A stretch of DNA of 64,000 bases, taken from Eledone cirrhosa. Lineage: Eukaryota. This document shows positions 26,151 through 38,176 of the stretch, piece by piece (positions within the stretch are counted from its first letter, which is position 1; the number at the start of each line of letters is the position of its first letter). The notes under the pieces are model-generated. The model did not search any database, had not been told where the DNA came from, and saw only the letters and a list, made by a program, of their open reading frames with translations. The position numbers and the translations under genes are program-made. Where the stretch lies: NCBI GenBank assembly GCA_964016885.1, contig OZ024746.1, positions 12,152,001-12,216,000 on the forward strand, written 5' to 3'.

Positions 26151-26710
26151 AATATGGTTGACTGACTTGTCATTTTGTCAGTCAGGTGTTCTAATGATTC
26201 TATTTATAGGCTAAAGTCACTAATCCACGTGTCTGTTAAATTTTAGAGACTTCACCATCACCATCATCACCATCACCATCAACAACATCAACACTATAAC
26301 TTTGCATATATTGGAGGTTTAAAACATAAGCATCAGTAATATAATAAGTGAGACTGTTTTGATAAAGTTCCATTTGAAAATTTATTTGTTCATATCTTAT
26401 TAGTAGAGTGCCTTGGTACTGTTATCTAGGATTTAAAGATGTATTATTTCAAAACTATTAAAAGGACAGAATGATCACAACTTGAACACTTGTCATCCTA
26501 AATCTGCTTGATTAAAGCTTACCTGAGGTTAAATAACAACAGGTTTATATGACATTACTACTATTAATGTGGCTAAAATGGATTACTTGTATTTCATATC
26601 TTTTGATAAATTTCCTGAAGTAAGCAATTTTCTTTGAATTTCACACAATTGTCTCTTTTTATTTTGTTTAATGATTTATCATTTTATTTTTGCTATTATT
26701 TTCTTCTAAG

Positions 26711-26809
26711 GGTGCTGTTGTTAGCTGTTTTGTTGAAATGTTGAGAATCATGGATGATGATCACTACACTGCCTTATTTCAAGCTTATTCTCATGGGAAT
26801 CCACTGCGT
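26711..26809 (+). CDS. DOCK3/4-like exon P
   Basis: taag|...|gtaagt; GAVVSCFVEMLRIMDDDHYTALFQAYSHGNPLR (cf. GEYVSCLLSLLRQM..H). Confidence 0.93.
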
Positions 26810-27376
26810 GTAAGTAATTTTCCACTTTATCCCCTTACCTATTTCACTATCTTTAATAGCACACCTAACATTCTCCACTAATAATGATATAAAGAAAAAC
26901 TGGATTTATTCTTTAGGGTGTATGTTTTGTTGTGCATATATGGGAATTTCTCCCCGAAACCACTGGCTTCTAGGACTGTGTTGTTGAACAGTTTTTTTTA
27001 TTAGATCTTCTTGTGTATGAGACAACTGCAGTTATATGATGTACCCCAGGCATTGCAACCAGCTCACAGTAGTGGGATTAGGGTGTGGGAGGTCCATATT
27101 CTCTTCAGGTGGGCAGAGATCTGGACTCTCCCTCAGTATATGTTCAGCAGTTTGTTCTGGTGAGCCACACTGTCAAGCTGTTGATAGACACCTTCCCTTG
27201 TGGTGAGCTACACTGTTGATAGACACCTTCCCTTGTGGTGAGCTACACTGTTGATAGACACAACCCCCAGTGTTGCATGACTACATTGGATTGGTCTACA
27301 CCTGTGTGTAGCTGATTCAGGGACACTACTATGCCATTTTGTTTTGTTATTTCTGTTTATCTAATTTCTCATTCTT

Positions 27377-27412
27377 TCTTCTGATGAAGGACTAGTGTCC
27401 GATACGTTAAGA
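27377..27412 (+). ncRNA. Minimal hammerhead motif with core mutation (GAAA>GATA) in short element 27340-27500
   Basis: tctt-CTGATGA-a-ggac-tagt-gtcc-GATA-cgtt-aaga; element has terminal direct repeat tgttatttctgttta. Confidence 0.72.
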
Positions 27413-27656
27413 CCCTCTTCCTGCTATTTCAAGCGTTAACCTAATATATTCCTTCCATATACTGTACCGATTGTGTTGTTATTTCTGTTTACCTTTTAAA
27501 TACACACACTCACATATATATATATATATATATGTATGTATATATATATATATGTATATATATAAAAAAAGAAGAGAGAGAGATATACATAATGTAAATA
27601 AAATCTTTTTTTATTTTTATTATGAAGTACATTTCTCTTTTTGTTTTGTTTTTCAG

Positions 27657-27751
27657 GACTTTCTAGACGATGTCTTAATTACATTTCATAATTTAATCAA
27701 GTGTAACACTTTCCCCAGTGATTGGTCTGTCATGCGGATGGTTATGAACAA
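27657..27751 (+). CDS. DOCK3/4-like exon Q
   Basis: tcag|...|gtaaga; DFLDDVLITFHNLIKCNTFPSDWSVMRMVMN (FPxDWxVMR motif). Confidence 0.96.
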
Positions 27752-28136
27752 GTAAGAATCTGGTTTTGAATTCCTTGTAACTGTTTGTGCTATAAAAAAA
27801 TCCAAAACCAATAGTGAGATATATGGTTATTTCTATAAAAAAAGATTGATTTATTCAGGTTATTCTTATCTATGTTGCTTTCACAACATTTTGGTTGTGC
27901 TATCTTCAGCCATATTCAGTTAGTCCAGCAGTTGGTGACTTGCAGTATTTGAAAAGAAAGAAAAAAAAAACATGAACATCAGTCGCACTTGTTCTGGAAA
28001 GCCTTCCTCCAGACCAAACAGTAAAATATACAAATTTTAAGGCTAATATTTGAAAGATTTAGTCAGATAAAGATATTTTTTGCAGGGAAACATTTCTGAC
28101 ATTGCTTAAGTAATATACACTCCAACAGCTATTTAA

Positions 28137-28355
28137 CCCTTTAGCATTTAAACCAGCTGTATCTGGCTAGAACTCTCCTACCTCTTTCTGTTGAGACTGG
28201 CTGTAACCAGTCACTGATACCTACCATTAAGGTATTGTTCTCAAAATAGATAACATCAAAATCTCGTAGATTCGATATGTGAGATAATTATGTAAGGTAA
28301 AGTCTTTACTGTGAAAATACAATAGTAAATATAGAGTAATATAAATGCTAAAGGG
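28137..28355 (-). mobile_element. piggyBac-type TTAA MITE copy
   Basis: ttaa|ccctttagcattta...taaatgctaaaggg|ttaa, perfect 14-bp TIR. Confidence 0.9.
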
Positions 28356-28496
28356 TTAATTTATTGATTTCAACTTGGGTGTATCCAAATGATAAAGTTT
28401 ATATACTTTGCAGTGCTTTTATATCTTCAGTTAGTTTAGATTGTTACAGTACAAGAAACTATTATTAGTAAAAAATGTTTTCCTTTGTTATTTCAG

Positions 28497-28575
28497 TGTC
28501 ATATTGACATCAATTCACTACTTTGCACGTGCGCTGTCTGACAACTTCTTAGCAAGACCAAACTTTGAATACAAA
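28497..28575 (+). CDS. DOCK3/4-like exon R
   Basis: tcag|...|gtaagt; NVILTSIHYFARALSDNFLARPNFEYK. Confidence 0.93.
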
Positions 28576-28802
28576 GTAAGTGGAATTAAACATTTCTATG
28601 TATTTTGTTTTGTATAAAGACTTCTGTATACAGTTAAAATGTGGATTGAATTTCTTGTGTAATTCATTATATTACAATATAAATATAAATAACCTTTTTA
28701 ATTATTTCATATTACATTCATTGACCATAGGTCTGTTCAATCATGGCTGACTTGGTGACAATAATAGAATACCTTCTCAGACTAATGAGGGAGTTTCTAC
28801 AT

Positions 28803-28965
28803 CAGACATGGGCAACATTTTTCAATAAGTGGGCTGCATAAGATGTGGCTCATCATTAGGCGAGCCACACTACTAAAGTATTCAAAGCAATGTTGAAATT
28901 AGGTGTGCCAATGATAAAGTCTATGGGCCAAATGTGGCTCGCAGGCCTCAGTTTGCCCATGACTG
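28803..28965. mobile_element. hAT-type MITE with perfect 8-bp TSD
   Basis: TSD ttctacat on both sides; TIRs cagacatgggcaa / ttgcccatgactg. Confidence 0.88.
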
Positions 28966-29407
28966 TTCTACATGATCACACAACCTGCTAGAAATAGCAG
29001 CCAAAACTTTCTCAAATCACATGCTACAGTTTGAAAATAACAGGATATTGATAATGTAGTGTAAGATAAATTATATTTGAAAAGACTATATGATCATAGA
29101 TAAACTGCTTTTAATCATAGGTCTACTTAATCAGAGCTAACTAAGGAATAAATAACAACAAAATGCTTTTTCGTAAATTTAAACTCAAGACCTTTGAGTT
29201 GGTAATCCTATAGTATGTCCACCTGACCATTTCCCTATTTGTAGAATTATTTCCTTGCCCAGAGACACAGTTAAATGCTGCCAGTGGGAACTGATGACTT
29301 AGTGAGAAAGAGAGTTTTGATATCTTACCATCTTTGCATTATGATTAATGGTAAACCTCAAATAACTTAAGCAGGTATTTATTACTGTATCCTTTTCATA
29401 TTTTTAG

Positions 29408-29508
29408 CTCTGGAAGAATTACTTCAACCTGGCTGTTAGCTTTATAATTCAACCAAGTCTTCAATTGGAGAATTTTTCCATAGCCAAAAGTCAGAAGATA
29501 AAGGAAAG
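29408..29508 (+). CDS. DOCK3/4-like exon S
   Basis: ttag|...|gtaaga; [33 protein letters not shown](R). Confidence 0.96.
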
Positions 29509-30239
29509 GTAAGAAAAAAATGATGTTTGTCAACATTTTTTGTTCTTCATTTCACCACCACAAACACAACCACCATTATTTTCTTGGCTAGTTGTTCATT
29601 ATTCTATCCACTCAGACATCCACACTTGATATATATCTAAGTATTCTCTTTTATAACCAATTCCAGCTCTCTGCTAACATCTTAATTCACCTTGTATTCA
29701 GATGGTCAAGTGTATTTTAATCATTTCAAACAACAGTGTTTCAAAACGTTTGGCTATTAGGAGTGAGCTATACAGAGATAAAAATTATGTTTTTTTCTTA
29801 TAAAAGCTAAGCTATTTTTTGTTCTGTTTCAACCTATCTCCTCAGAAAATGACAAAACATTCAGACTAGAGTCCAAGAAAAAAGTGTGCAGCACCGTTTT
29901 ATATCATCATACCTTAATTCTTGTGGCAAGAGAAGAATCTTAGAGATTTCCTTATATAATAAGTTCTGCTTTGAGTAAAGACTTTATTTAAACAGTTTTT
30001 TAAGGATTATTTATGATATATAAAGTTATAAACATAATTAGTATATCTTAAAAGTGCAACTAGTGAAAAAGATATCTTTTAGAGCCAAAACTTGCCTTAC
30101 TTAGCATATTTAATGAAACCTATCTTCAATTTTAAGGTGATTGCTTAACAAAAAATAGCTTCCTAAAAGAAAAGCCTCAGGCTCCTTAAAAAGTACAATT
30201 ATTTATTTCTGGTTATCACAGATCTTTTGTATTTAAAGC

Positions 30240-30600
30240 CCCCTATTTCACTATCATGCAGCACTGCAGGTCACATACAAACATCATACACTCTACCTTT
30301 CTGAGAGAAAAGCCTTTTTGTTGCTAGCAGGGAGGTATCAGTTCCTAGAATTATACTTTTGGTGCATCCACTACCACTACTAATTAAATCCCTGAAGTAA
30401 CAGAAGCTATCAACTACTTTCAGTGTGCCTTCCAAGCATTTAAGGGAATTTACATTGTATGTATTGCTACTGCCAACTACTCTTGTCCATTTACCACATA
30501 TGAAGTTTCTCATTTCCACTAGCCTGCCTGTAATCCAATAACATGTCTTCTGGGAAGACTCTAAGGAATTTGTACCTACTCTTTCACTGCATACTAAGCA
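30240..30600 (-). mobile_element. RTE-clade LINE fragment
   Basis: Minus strand LKVVDSFCYFRDLISSGSGC...KGRVYDVC, typical of the RTE post-RT region. Confidence 0.72.
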
Positions 30601-30944
30601 GAAATAATATACTAAATAAAATAAAGATTCCATTATAAGACTCTACTTTTAAATCATAAATGAACAAACCTTATATTTTCACTGAGTGGAAGTGAATGTA
30701 ACTTCTAAGGTCAAAATACAAACTATATTTTCAAAATAAATAATTGTACTTTTAAAGATTTTATAAGTTTATATGACATGAATAACAACAGAATAGCATT
30801 TAAAATAAAGTTTTCACTAAAAGCAGAAGCCTCACCACAAAAATTCTGGTATCCTGACACAAAGAAGTGCTACACCTTTCATAGACTTTAGCTGAGCATT
30901 TTGCCAAGTGTCTTATATTACATTTCAACATTCATTTTTTTAAG

Positions 30945-31003
30945 GTACCAAGATATGAGAGTTTTACTTGGATTCCAAGTTCAAACACTGTGGCAGGACC
31001 TTG
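30945..31003 (+). CDS. DOCK3/4-like exon T
   Basis: taag|...|gtaaga; YQDMRVLLGFQVQTLWQDL (cf. YGDMRV...MWQNLG). Confidence 0.95.
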
Positions 31004-31073
31004 GTAAGATTTTGAATTTTTTATATATATTTGTGTGTTTGTTTGTTTGTGTACAGTGAAATTCTGTTAGAAC

Positions 31074-31228
31074 GAAATTCACGGGGTATAAAAAAAATTG
31101 TTGTAACGATAAATTCTTTATAACAAGATCGACCAAAATATATTAAGTGGTTGTTTGTTATTACCTCGGGGATTGAAAAAAAGTTTTACTGAAAATTTTG
31201 TTATAATGGTATTCGTTATAATGGTGTA
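31074..31228. mobile_element. Tigger/pogo-like MITE fragment
   Basis: ta|cagtgaaattctgttagaacgaa start with inverted ttcgttataa sub-terminal repeats. Confidence 0.5.
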
Positions 31229-31344
31229 TATATATATATATACACATAATGTGTGTGTGTATATATATTTGCATGTGTGTATGTATTTGTTTGAAAACAT
31301 GTTCCTCAATGTAATGAAGCACTCTGATTGATTTTCAATTGCAG

Positions 31345-31493
31345 AAGATTATAAGTTCAATTTCATTCCATACTTGGTTGGACCATTCCTGGAAGTGACT
31401 CTTGTACCAGACAAAGAATTACGCAAGGCAACTTTGCCTATTTTGTTTGACATGATGGAGTGTGAGATGAAACTTAGTGGATGCTTTGATAAG
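31345..31493 (+). CDS. DOCK3/4-like exon U
   Basis: gcag|...|gtaaaa; [50 protein letters not shown]. Confidence 0.97.
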
Positions 31494-31558
31494 GTAAAAT
31501 TCTTTGTGTATGTTTATAAATGTATATGTATAAATGTGGATGTATATATGTATAAATA

Positions 31559-31627
<69 letters not shown>

Positions 31628-31698
31628 GTTATTCCGGGTTGAATCAGAGGTAACCACAGTAAGTAAGGTACTCAATACATAGCAGAGTATAAAAGTTT

Positions 31699-31807
31699 TA
31701 ATATAGATGAGATTCTACAGGACTAGAACTGTTTCATTCTTTAGAAATCATCAGGAATCTCTGATGATTTCTAAAGAATGAAACAGTTCTAGTCCTGTAG
31801 AATCTCA

Positions 31808-31816
<9 letters not shown>
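31699..31816. repeat. Perfect 56-bp inverted repeat with 6-nt spacer (head-to-head hammerhead cores)
   Basis: 31699-31754 is the exact reverse complement of 31761-31816. Confidence 0.95.
31709..31761 (-). ncRNA. Type I hammerhead ribozyme (in about 130-bp element 31630-31761)
   Basis: Minus strand gagattc-CTGATGA-tttc-taaa-gaat-GAAA-cag-ttctagtc-ctg-TA-gaatctc: 7-bp stem I, 4-bp stem III, GUA cleavage site. Confidence 0.82.
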
Positions 31817-31854
<38 letters not shown>

Positions 31855-31858
<4 letters not shown>

Positions 31859-34620
31859 CAGCGTACGTCCACAACTTAAAAAATGCACGAACACATTACA
31901 CCCTCACTTGGCGGCAGGTTGCTAAATCCCATCCATATACTCCTCATAATAGAGTATGTAACCTATGCCTTACTGAATCCCACTCTATTATATTTGCTAA
32001 ATGCTCTCTACTAAACAGAAAGTCAGAAATATTTTCCTCTTGCCCCCACCGAATATTAAGCTCTTTCTTCTACTTTAAACCTATTAGCTAGCACTTTCTT
32101 AATTCTCCAGTTGGGCTATCTTGTGTAACTGTCTCTTATTGTGTGTAATTGTTTCCTATTGTTTGTCTTCTATGTATATGAGTCTGTGTGTGTATATGTA
32201 TGCCTGCGGGAGAATATTGATCTGGATATTGAGGTGTACAGGTGAGTTGGTGTGTATGTTAATAAGCACCCCTGTTTGGCACAGTGGATGTGACCCATCC
32301 ACGCTCGCCTAGCCACCCTTAGTGCATTGGTGGGTCTATCCCAACGTGTATTTTACGGATCTGTACCTCTGTATGCACATGAGTTATGATGTAATATATC
32401 TATGTAGAGCGTGTACTGCGCTATAAGTTGCACAAATGGAAATCTAGCCTGTAACTGTGAGCGCACCTGTGCCATCTCGCCGTGAGCAGTAGATAAGTAG
32501 CACATGCACGTGTTACCCTCCTATTCTGTGGTTTAAGATCTACAGGCTGACTCCGGGGAGCTCTTGCCCGGTGTTGTAGGCTTTCTAGCACAATCGGCCT
32601 TCCATATATTGACGGTCGTTGTTATTATCCCAAAAATAACGTTTTGGCCCCGATAGCCCTCCGTAGTTATTAACGGTCTGTTTACACTTGAATCGGGCGA
32701 CTACACGTGTGAACATGCATCTCTTCGTAAGAATTTACTTTGATTAATTTTGCTGCATCTCCTCGTAAGAATTAATTTTGATTAATTTTGCTGGGAAAAA
32801 AATATATTATCTGTGACCAGTGTGAGCGACTGTTGTGGGTTCTGCCTTTTGTTAGCCTAATAAGATATTTCTGTGTATTATATCCGCTTTGACCCGGGTG
32901 TCCTACGCTGTGTGTGTGTGCGTGTGTGTCTGTATATACATTTATATGTGTATGAGTGTAGGTGGTTGTATATGTCTATATATAAATATATATATATATA
33001 TATATACCGTCTCTATATATGCATGTGGTGTGTGTATATGCATATACGTACTAACCATATTGTTGTGTATATTCTTGGGATGCCTCAATGTTGTGATTTC
33101 ATGGATATTGGCTTTTGAAGCTATTTTTTATATGCGCTGTTGAGTATGCATATTAACCCGCCTAACCCAACTGTATTTGCTTGCTTTCGGCTAGCCCACC
33201 TGCACTTGCTTGCTTTCGGCCCACTTATCTGCCTCTTGATGTTCATGTTGATGTAAACGAATTTGCTTGCTACCTTGTGACGTTGTGACACTCAGTTATC
33301 TGCCCATGGATGTTCCTGCTGCTGCATGTGAATTTACCTACCTTCCTTGCATACGTCCTTGCTAGTGATGTGGATATACCTCCGTTGACCAATAGATTCC
33401 TGCCCGAGTGTGAACCTTTTGTGATTGCCCCACCGCTCAACTGTGTGAATGCACACCCGTGACTTTCGAGTGTGAACTTCTGTGACTGCCTAACCTGGGA
33501 TGTCTCCATTGCATTGCAATGGTCAACTCAATCGAGTGTGGACATAGCACCTGTTGATTATAAATCTCATTTGAACATTTGATTGTTGTGATATGGCTAA
33601 CTGTAACACTTAAGGCGTTCGTGTGCTCCTGATACATTCAAGAAATATATTCAAAAAATATATATTTAATCTCACTTTACTTTATTTTATTTTATTTCAT
33701 TGTATTTTATTTTATATAATTTTATTTTATTTATTCTTTACCCTTTATCTTTATTATCTGTATATTTTATATATATATTTTTTATATTTTATACTTTTTA
33801 TATATATTATTTGTCTATTTTTTATCTATTTTTTATCTATTTTTTATCTATTTTTATCTACTCTTATCTATCTTATCTATTTTTGTCTATTCCTTATCTA
33901 TTCTCTATCTCTTATCCATGGTTAATCTATTTTTTATCTATGGTTAATCTATTTTTATCCTTTGTTTAATCTATTTTTATCCTTTGTTTATCTTACTTTT
34001 ACCCATTGTATTTTTACCCATTGTATATCCACCATTTATCTCTTAGCTTTTGCATACTCGTCCATGATATGTTATTTGTATTAGTCTATACTATATGTGT
34101 TGCATATGGCTGCCTGTTGTGTGGTTGCATGCGGGTGCTCATGCTTATGCGTATGCTTGTATGTAACTGTTTGTTAACAGCACCCTGCCCAACTGTGACT
34201 GATAGCACCTCTTATTTTTCAATGCTTATTTTTCAATGCTTATTTTTCAATGTTTATTCTTTATTTCTTCAATGTTTATTATTTAGTTTTTACTTTTCAC
34301 TATTCTTTATCCTCCAATTTTATTTTCTACACTCTATTTACTCTACTCTTTAAACCCCTCCCAACTTATGGCATCCCCATATATATTCTTCTGTCTTGGC
34401 TTTGTTATTGCTTGTGTAATATGTAATCACTCTTTATGCTCTGATGAGTCCCACTTATAGTGTGGACGAAACACTGTTAGCAAGTAAAGATATACCTATG
34501 CTCTAAGCGTTCTTTGTTGTTGATTATATTACGGCTCTGTCCTCAGACATCGAGCTAACCTTATACTGCCTATTGGATAAGTGGAGTGTTACACACTCCT
34601 AATCCCCTCCCTTATATACT
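31855..34620 (+). mobile_element. 5'-truncated Penelope-like element (GIY-YIG C-terminus, about 2.4-kb 3' UTR, hammerhead)
   Basis: 31861-32091 AYVHNLK...YTLTWRQV....PY......CNLCLTESHSII.....LLNRKSEIFSSCPHR*; flanked by TA runs. Confidence 0.85.
34431..34490 (+). ncRNA. Type I hammerhead ribozyme with intact core, sense to the DOCK pre-mRNA
   Basis: tctttatgct-CTGATGA-gtcccac-ttata-gtgtggac-GAAA-c-act-g-TT-agca-ag-taaaga; GUU cleavage triplet at 34476-34478. Confidence 0.85.
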
Positions 34621-35426
34621 ATATATATACATCCACATGTATACATATACACATATAAGCACTTTATAAATTCACTTAATCTATTTCAAACTAACTAGTA
34701 TTAACTATGTAAATCTTATGAATTACTCTCACTTAATCCATTTCAAATTATGGAGAAAACAAAAAGGGATTTTTGGTCCAATGGTCCAATGGTATGTTTT
34801 CTATAATGGCTAAAGAACATTGCTGCTACAGTTTCATCATCAATAATTTCTAGGTTTTCTATCACTGGTCACTGATTCTGTGAACTGGTTGTATAGTCCT
34901 CTTGTTCAAACATCTGATCTATTTACTTATTCCTGCAGTACCTCCATTATATCTTCTTCAGTTCCCAGACTCAAAAATAAAAGTTTTTCTCACTCATTGT
35001 TCTCAATAAAAGTATCCCTTTGGAACTTTGCCACTGCCCATATTTTCTTTTCAAACACTCTGCTTATATGAAAGATATCAACCTGAATATTTACTGCATG
35101 AAACCTCACTTAATTATCCCTATACCCTTCAGTACAGAAGAAGGAAGGACCCATTTGAAAAGGCTATTAAATCTGTACCTCCTCTCCAGACTAACAAAAA
35201 AAAAAAAAAAAAGGAGAATATCTTATACTGTCTTAGTTTTGATATGTATTTTCAGCTTATTTAATCAAAGTTAGAAAAATTCAGTGCCTTAGTGGAACTA
35301 AAATAAAACCCTACAACACCAGCAACACTTAACAACTAAAAGGCTAATATTTTATAGCTCTGTTAACTCACTAAACATAGATAAATTATGAAAATTATTC
35401 TCTTTCTAATGTTGTTGTTATTTCAG

Positions 35427-35512
35427 GTGGAAAAAGAAATGTTTGAGAAGTTGGACCTATTTATTACCAGGGATAAAGGTGATGCAGATTATAAAGATCT
35501 TTTCCATGATAT
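35427..35512 (+). CDS. DOCK3/4-like exon V
   Basis: tcag|...|gtaagt; VEKEMFEKLDLFITRDKGDADYKDLFHD(I) (cf. KLD...GKGDESYRELF). Confidence 0.95.
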
Positions 35513-35876
35513 GTAAGTATTTTCACCACTGCCACAACATTTCTTTCACTCTTTCACTTTTTGTCTTTATTTTTATTCATTTATTTTCTCCTCCTCCTCC
35601 TCCTCTGTATACAGCTATGTTAGAACGAAAACTTTAATTCTACTTTGAAGCTGAGCCGGCTTGTACAGCTCCATATGCAAATGAGGCTAATCAGCCCATC
35701 TACATAGGCGAAAAAATATATTTTCGCCTGTTTCAAATTTCAGCAGAGAGCAGGAGAAGCACTGTCCTGATGGCGGCCAGAACCAGAAACACATTGGCAG
35801 TTTTCTCCTGTAACTTTGGCTGGAATCTGCTACACGGCGTCAGCTTTTCAATAGCTGTGTATCTCAATTGTGTTAA

Positions 35877-36086
35877 CCCTTTAATGTTCAAACCGGCCAG
35901 AATTCTCTACATTTTTCTGTTGAAACTGGCTGTAACTGGTCGCTCAAACTGATGTTAAGGTATTGTTCTCAAAATAAATACTTTCAAAATCTCATAGATT
36001 CGATATTATGTGAGATAATTATGTGAGGTAAAGCCTTTACCATGAAAATATAATAGTATATATAGCGTAATGTGAATACTAAAGGG
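35877..36086 (-). mobile_element. piggyBac-type TTAA MITE copy
   Basis: ttaa|ccctttaatgttca...tgaatactaaaggg|ttaa. Confidence 0.85.
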
Positions 36087-37300
36087 TTAATGGACAATTG
36101 AGATACACACACATTTACAGAAAATTTCCCTCTCCCTAAAAATGATTTTGTTCTGTGTGAAAAAACACAACCACCACCATTATACTACTACTACTACTAC
36201 TATGACTACTCCTCTCTCCATATACAAGGTTTCATTTTAGATCCAGTCATCTTCTCAACAAGAAAGATGAACAAACCTACCTCAACACTTAACTTTAAAT
36301 CTTTAATTTTTAATTCTTTTTAATTGTAATACTCAACATTTGATCAGGTGGATTTCACTGATACATGGAAACCGGTTATATTTTATATATTTTATAAAAC
36401 TATTTTTTTCAAAGAATTGTCCCTCTCATTTTTTCCAATAATGTCACTTTGACGAATCAAAGAAAAAAAAAGGAAAAACATATCCTTAAATATATTTTCC
36501 GTGCTATTTCCAATTCCACCTTTTCTCTATAACCACTGTTTTGTATAGAATCTTATTCCCTTTTCAAATGACCCTCTTCCTGCTATATCAAGCGTTAACC
36601 TAATATATCCCTTTCATATACTGTACCGATTGTGTTGTTACTTCTGTTTACCTTTTAGATATGTATGTGTGTGTGTGTGTCTGTACTTGCTAGCATGGAA
36701 AACAGATGTTAAACAATGATGATGATGGTAATGTTTGGATACAAAGGAGACTGTGTGAGAGGTGTCATTTAACACTTAATTCCAAACTGCTTGAAATCTC
36801 ACCCTGGATTCTACAATAGAAAGCTGTTTATTTTAAAGACCTTATTGATGAAAGGAAAGTCTAGAGAGGATTAAGAAAAAAATATTATTGTCAGGAATGA
36901 AACACAAATCAAAATACTCAGACTTCAGCAATGCTAATAATTTGTTTATATTTTTAATTTGGAATGTTTGTTAAATGAGATTAGCCATCAAGTCATTAAG
37001 GTTTTCAGTTAAAGAATAGATGACTGAGGGAGACATTTGATTAGTGTTTTTAGCTGTTAAACTGTATTCTCTTTTGATTGTTAACTCTTAAGATCCTCTA
37101 GTGATTTAGTAGAAAATATCTAAAAAAGAGGTTTGTTAATTCAAAGCTTTATAGCGTCTTTATTAGTGGACAGATTTCTGTAAAAGTTTGCAGTAAACTA
37201 AAGACTTAAATTTTTAATGTGGTGCAGTCACAGTGCTGTCTTGTACTTTTCAAGGATGTCTTATTAATGTGGTTTCATGTGGTACAGGATATTGAGTTAA

Positions 37301-37514
37301 CCCTTTAGCATTTACATCACTGTATATGTACTATTGTATTTTTGTGTTAAAGGCTTTATCTTACTTAATTATCTCACATAATATTGAATCTACGAGATTT
37401 TGATGTTATTTATTTTGAGAACAATACCTTAACATCAGTATGAGCAGCCAGTTATGGCTGGTTTGAGCTGAAAGAGAATTCTGTCTGGATACAGCCAGTT
37501 TAAATGCTGAAGGG
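37301..37514 (+). mobile_element. piggyBac-type TTAA MITE copy
   Basis: ttaa|ccctttagcattta...taaatgctgaaggg|ttaa. Confidence 0.88.
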
Positions 37515-38176
37515 TTAAGGGTGATTTAGCTGTCACATTGAATTGGATAAGTGACTACATGCTATTTTTTGGGGCTTACGTTGTCTCAAATATTGGAACA
37601 CTACACCTTGATTGGGAAGTGTGTAATAAAGTATATGATATTGTTATATTATATTTAGGGCATTGCTCAGTTAGTTGCTTATCACTTGCATGCACTCTCT
37701 CTTTTTCAAAGGAAAAAGAAAACCATACACAGATGTATACAACACACATACACACGTGCGCTTGCAGAGGTATAATTTAGGAAATATTGTAATTTAGAAA
37801 CAGTAGGATAAAAAGAGTCGGGGATAAATAAGTTCTCCTTTTTAACCTAGAAAATCTCCCTTTACTCCCCGATTAGAAGTGTGCTTGCTCTTTATTTTTT
37901 TTTATTTTTAGGAAGGGCTTTTATTTCTCTTTTGTCTCTGATTTATTTTTTGTTTTGTTAATGATGAGCTGCTATCAAGTTAAGAGGGCTCCTTGGGGTG
38001 GGGATCCCTTGCCTAATAGGAGGGAAGAGTGGAAGAGAGTAATCCTTTCGGATGTTCACTAGGGGTGGGGGAGGATGAATTGAAAAAAAGAAAAACAAAA
38101 AACAAAAAAAAAATTGTTATTCGGAAATTGAATAAAGGTAGAGCTATGAGGAGGTTAGAGAATGACGACTTTTGTA

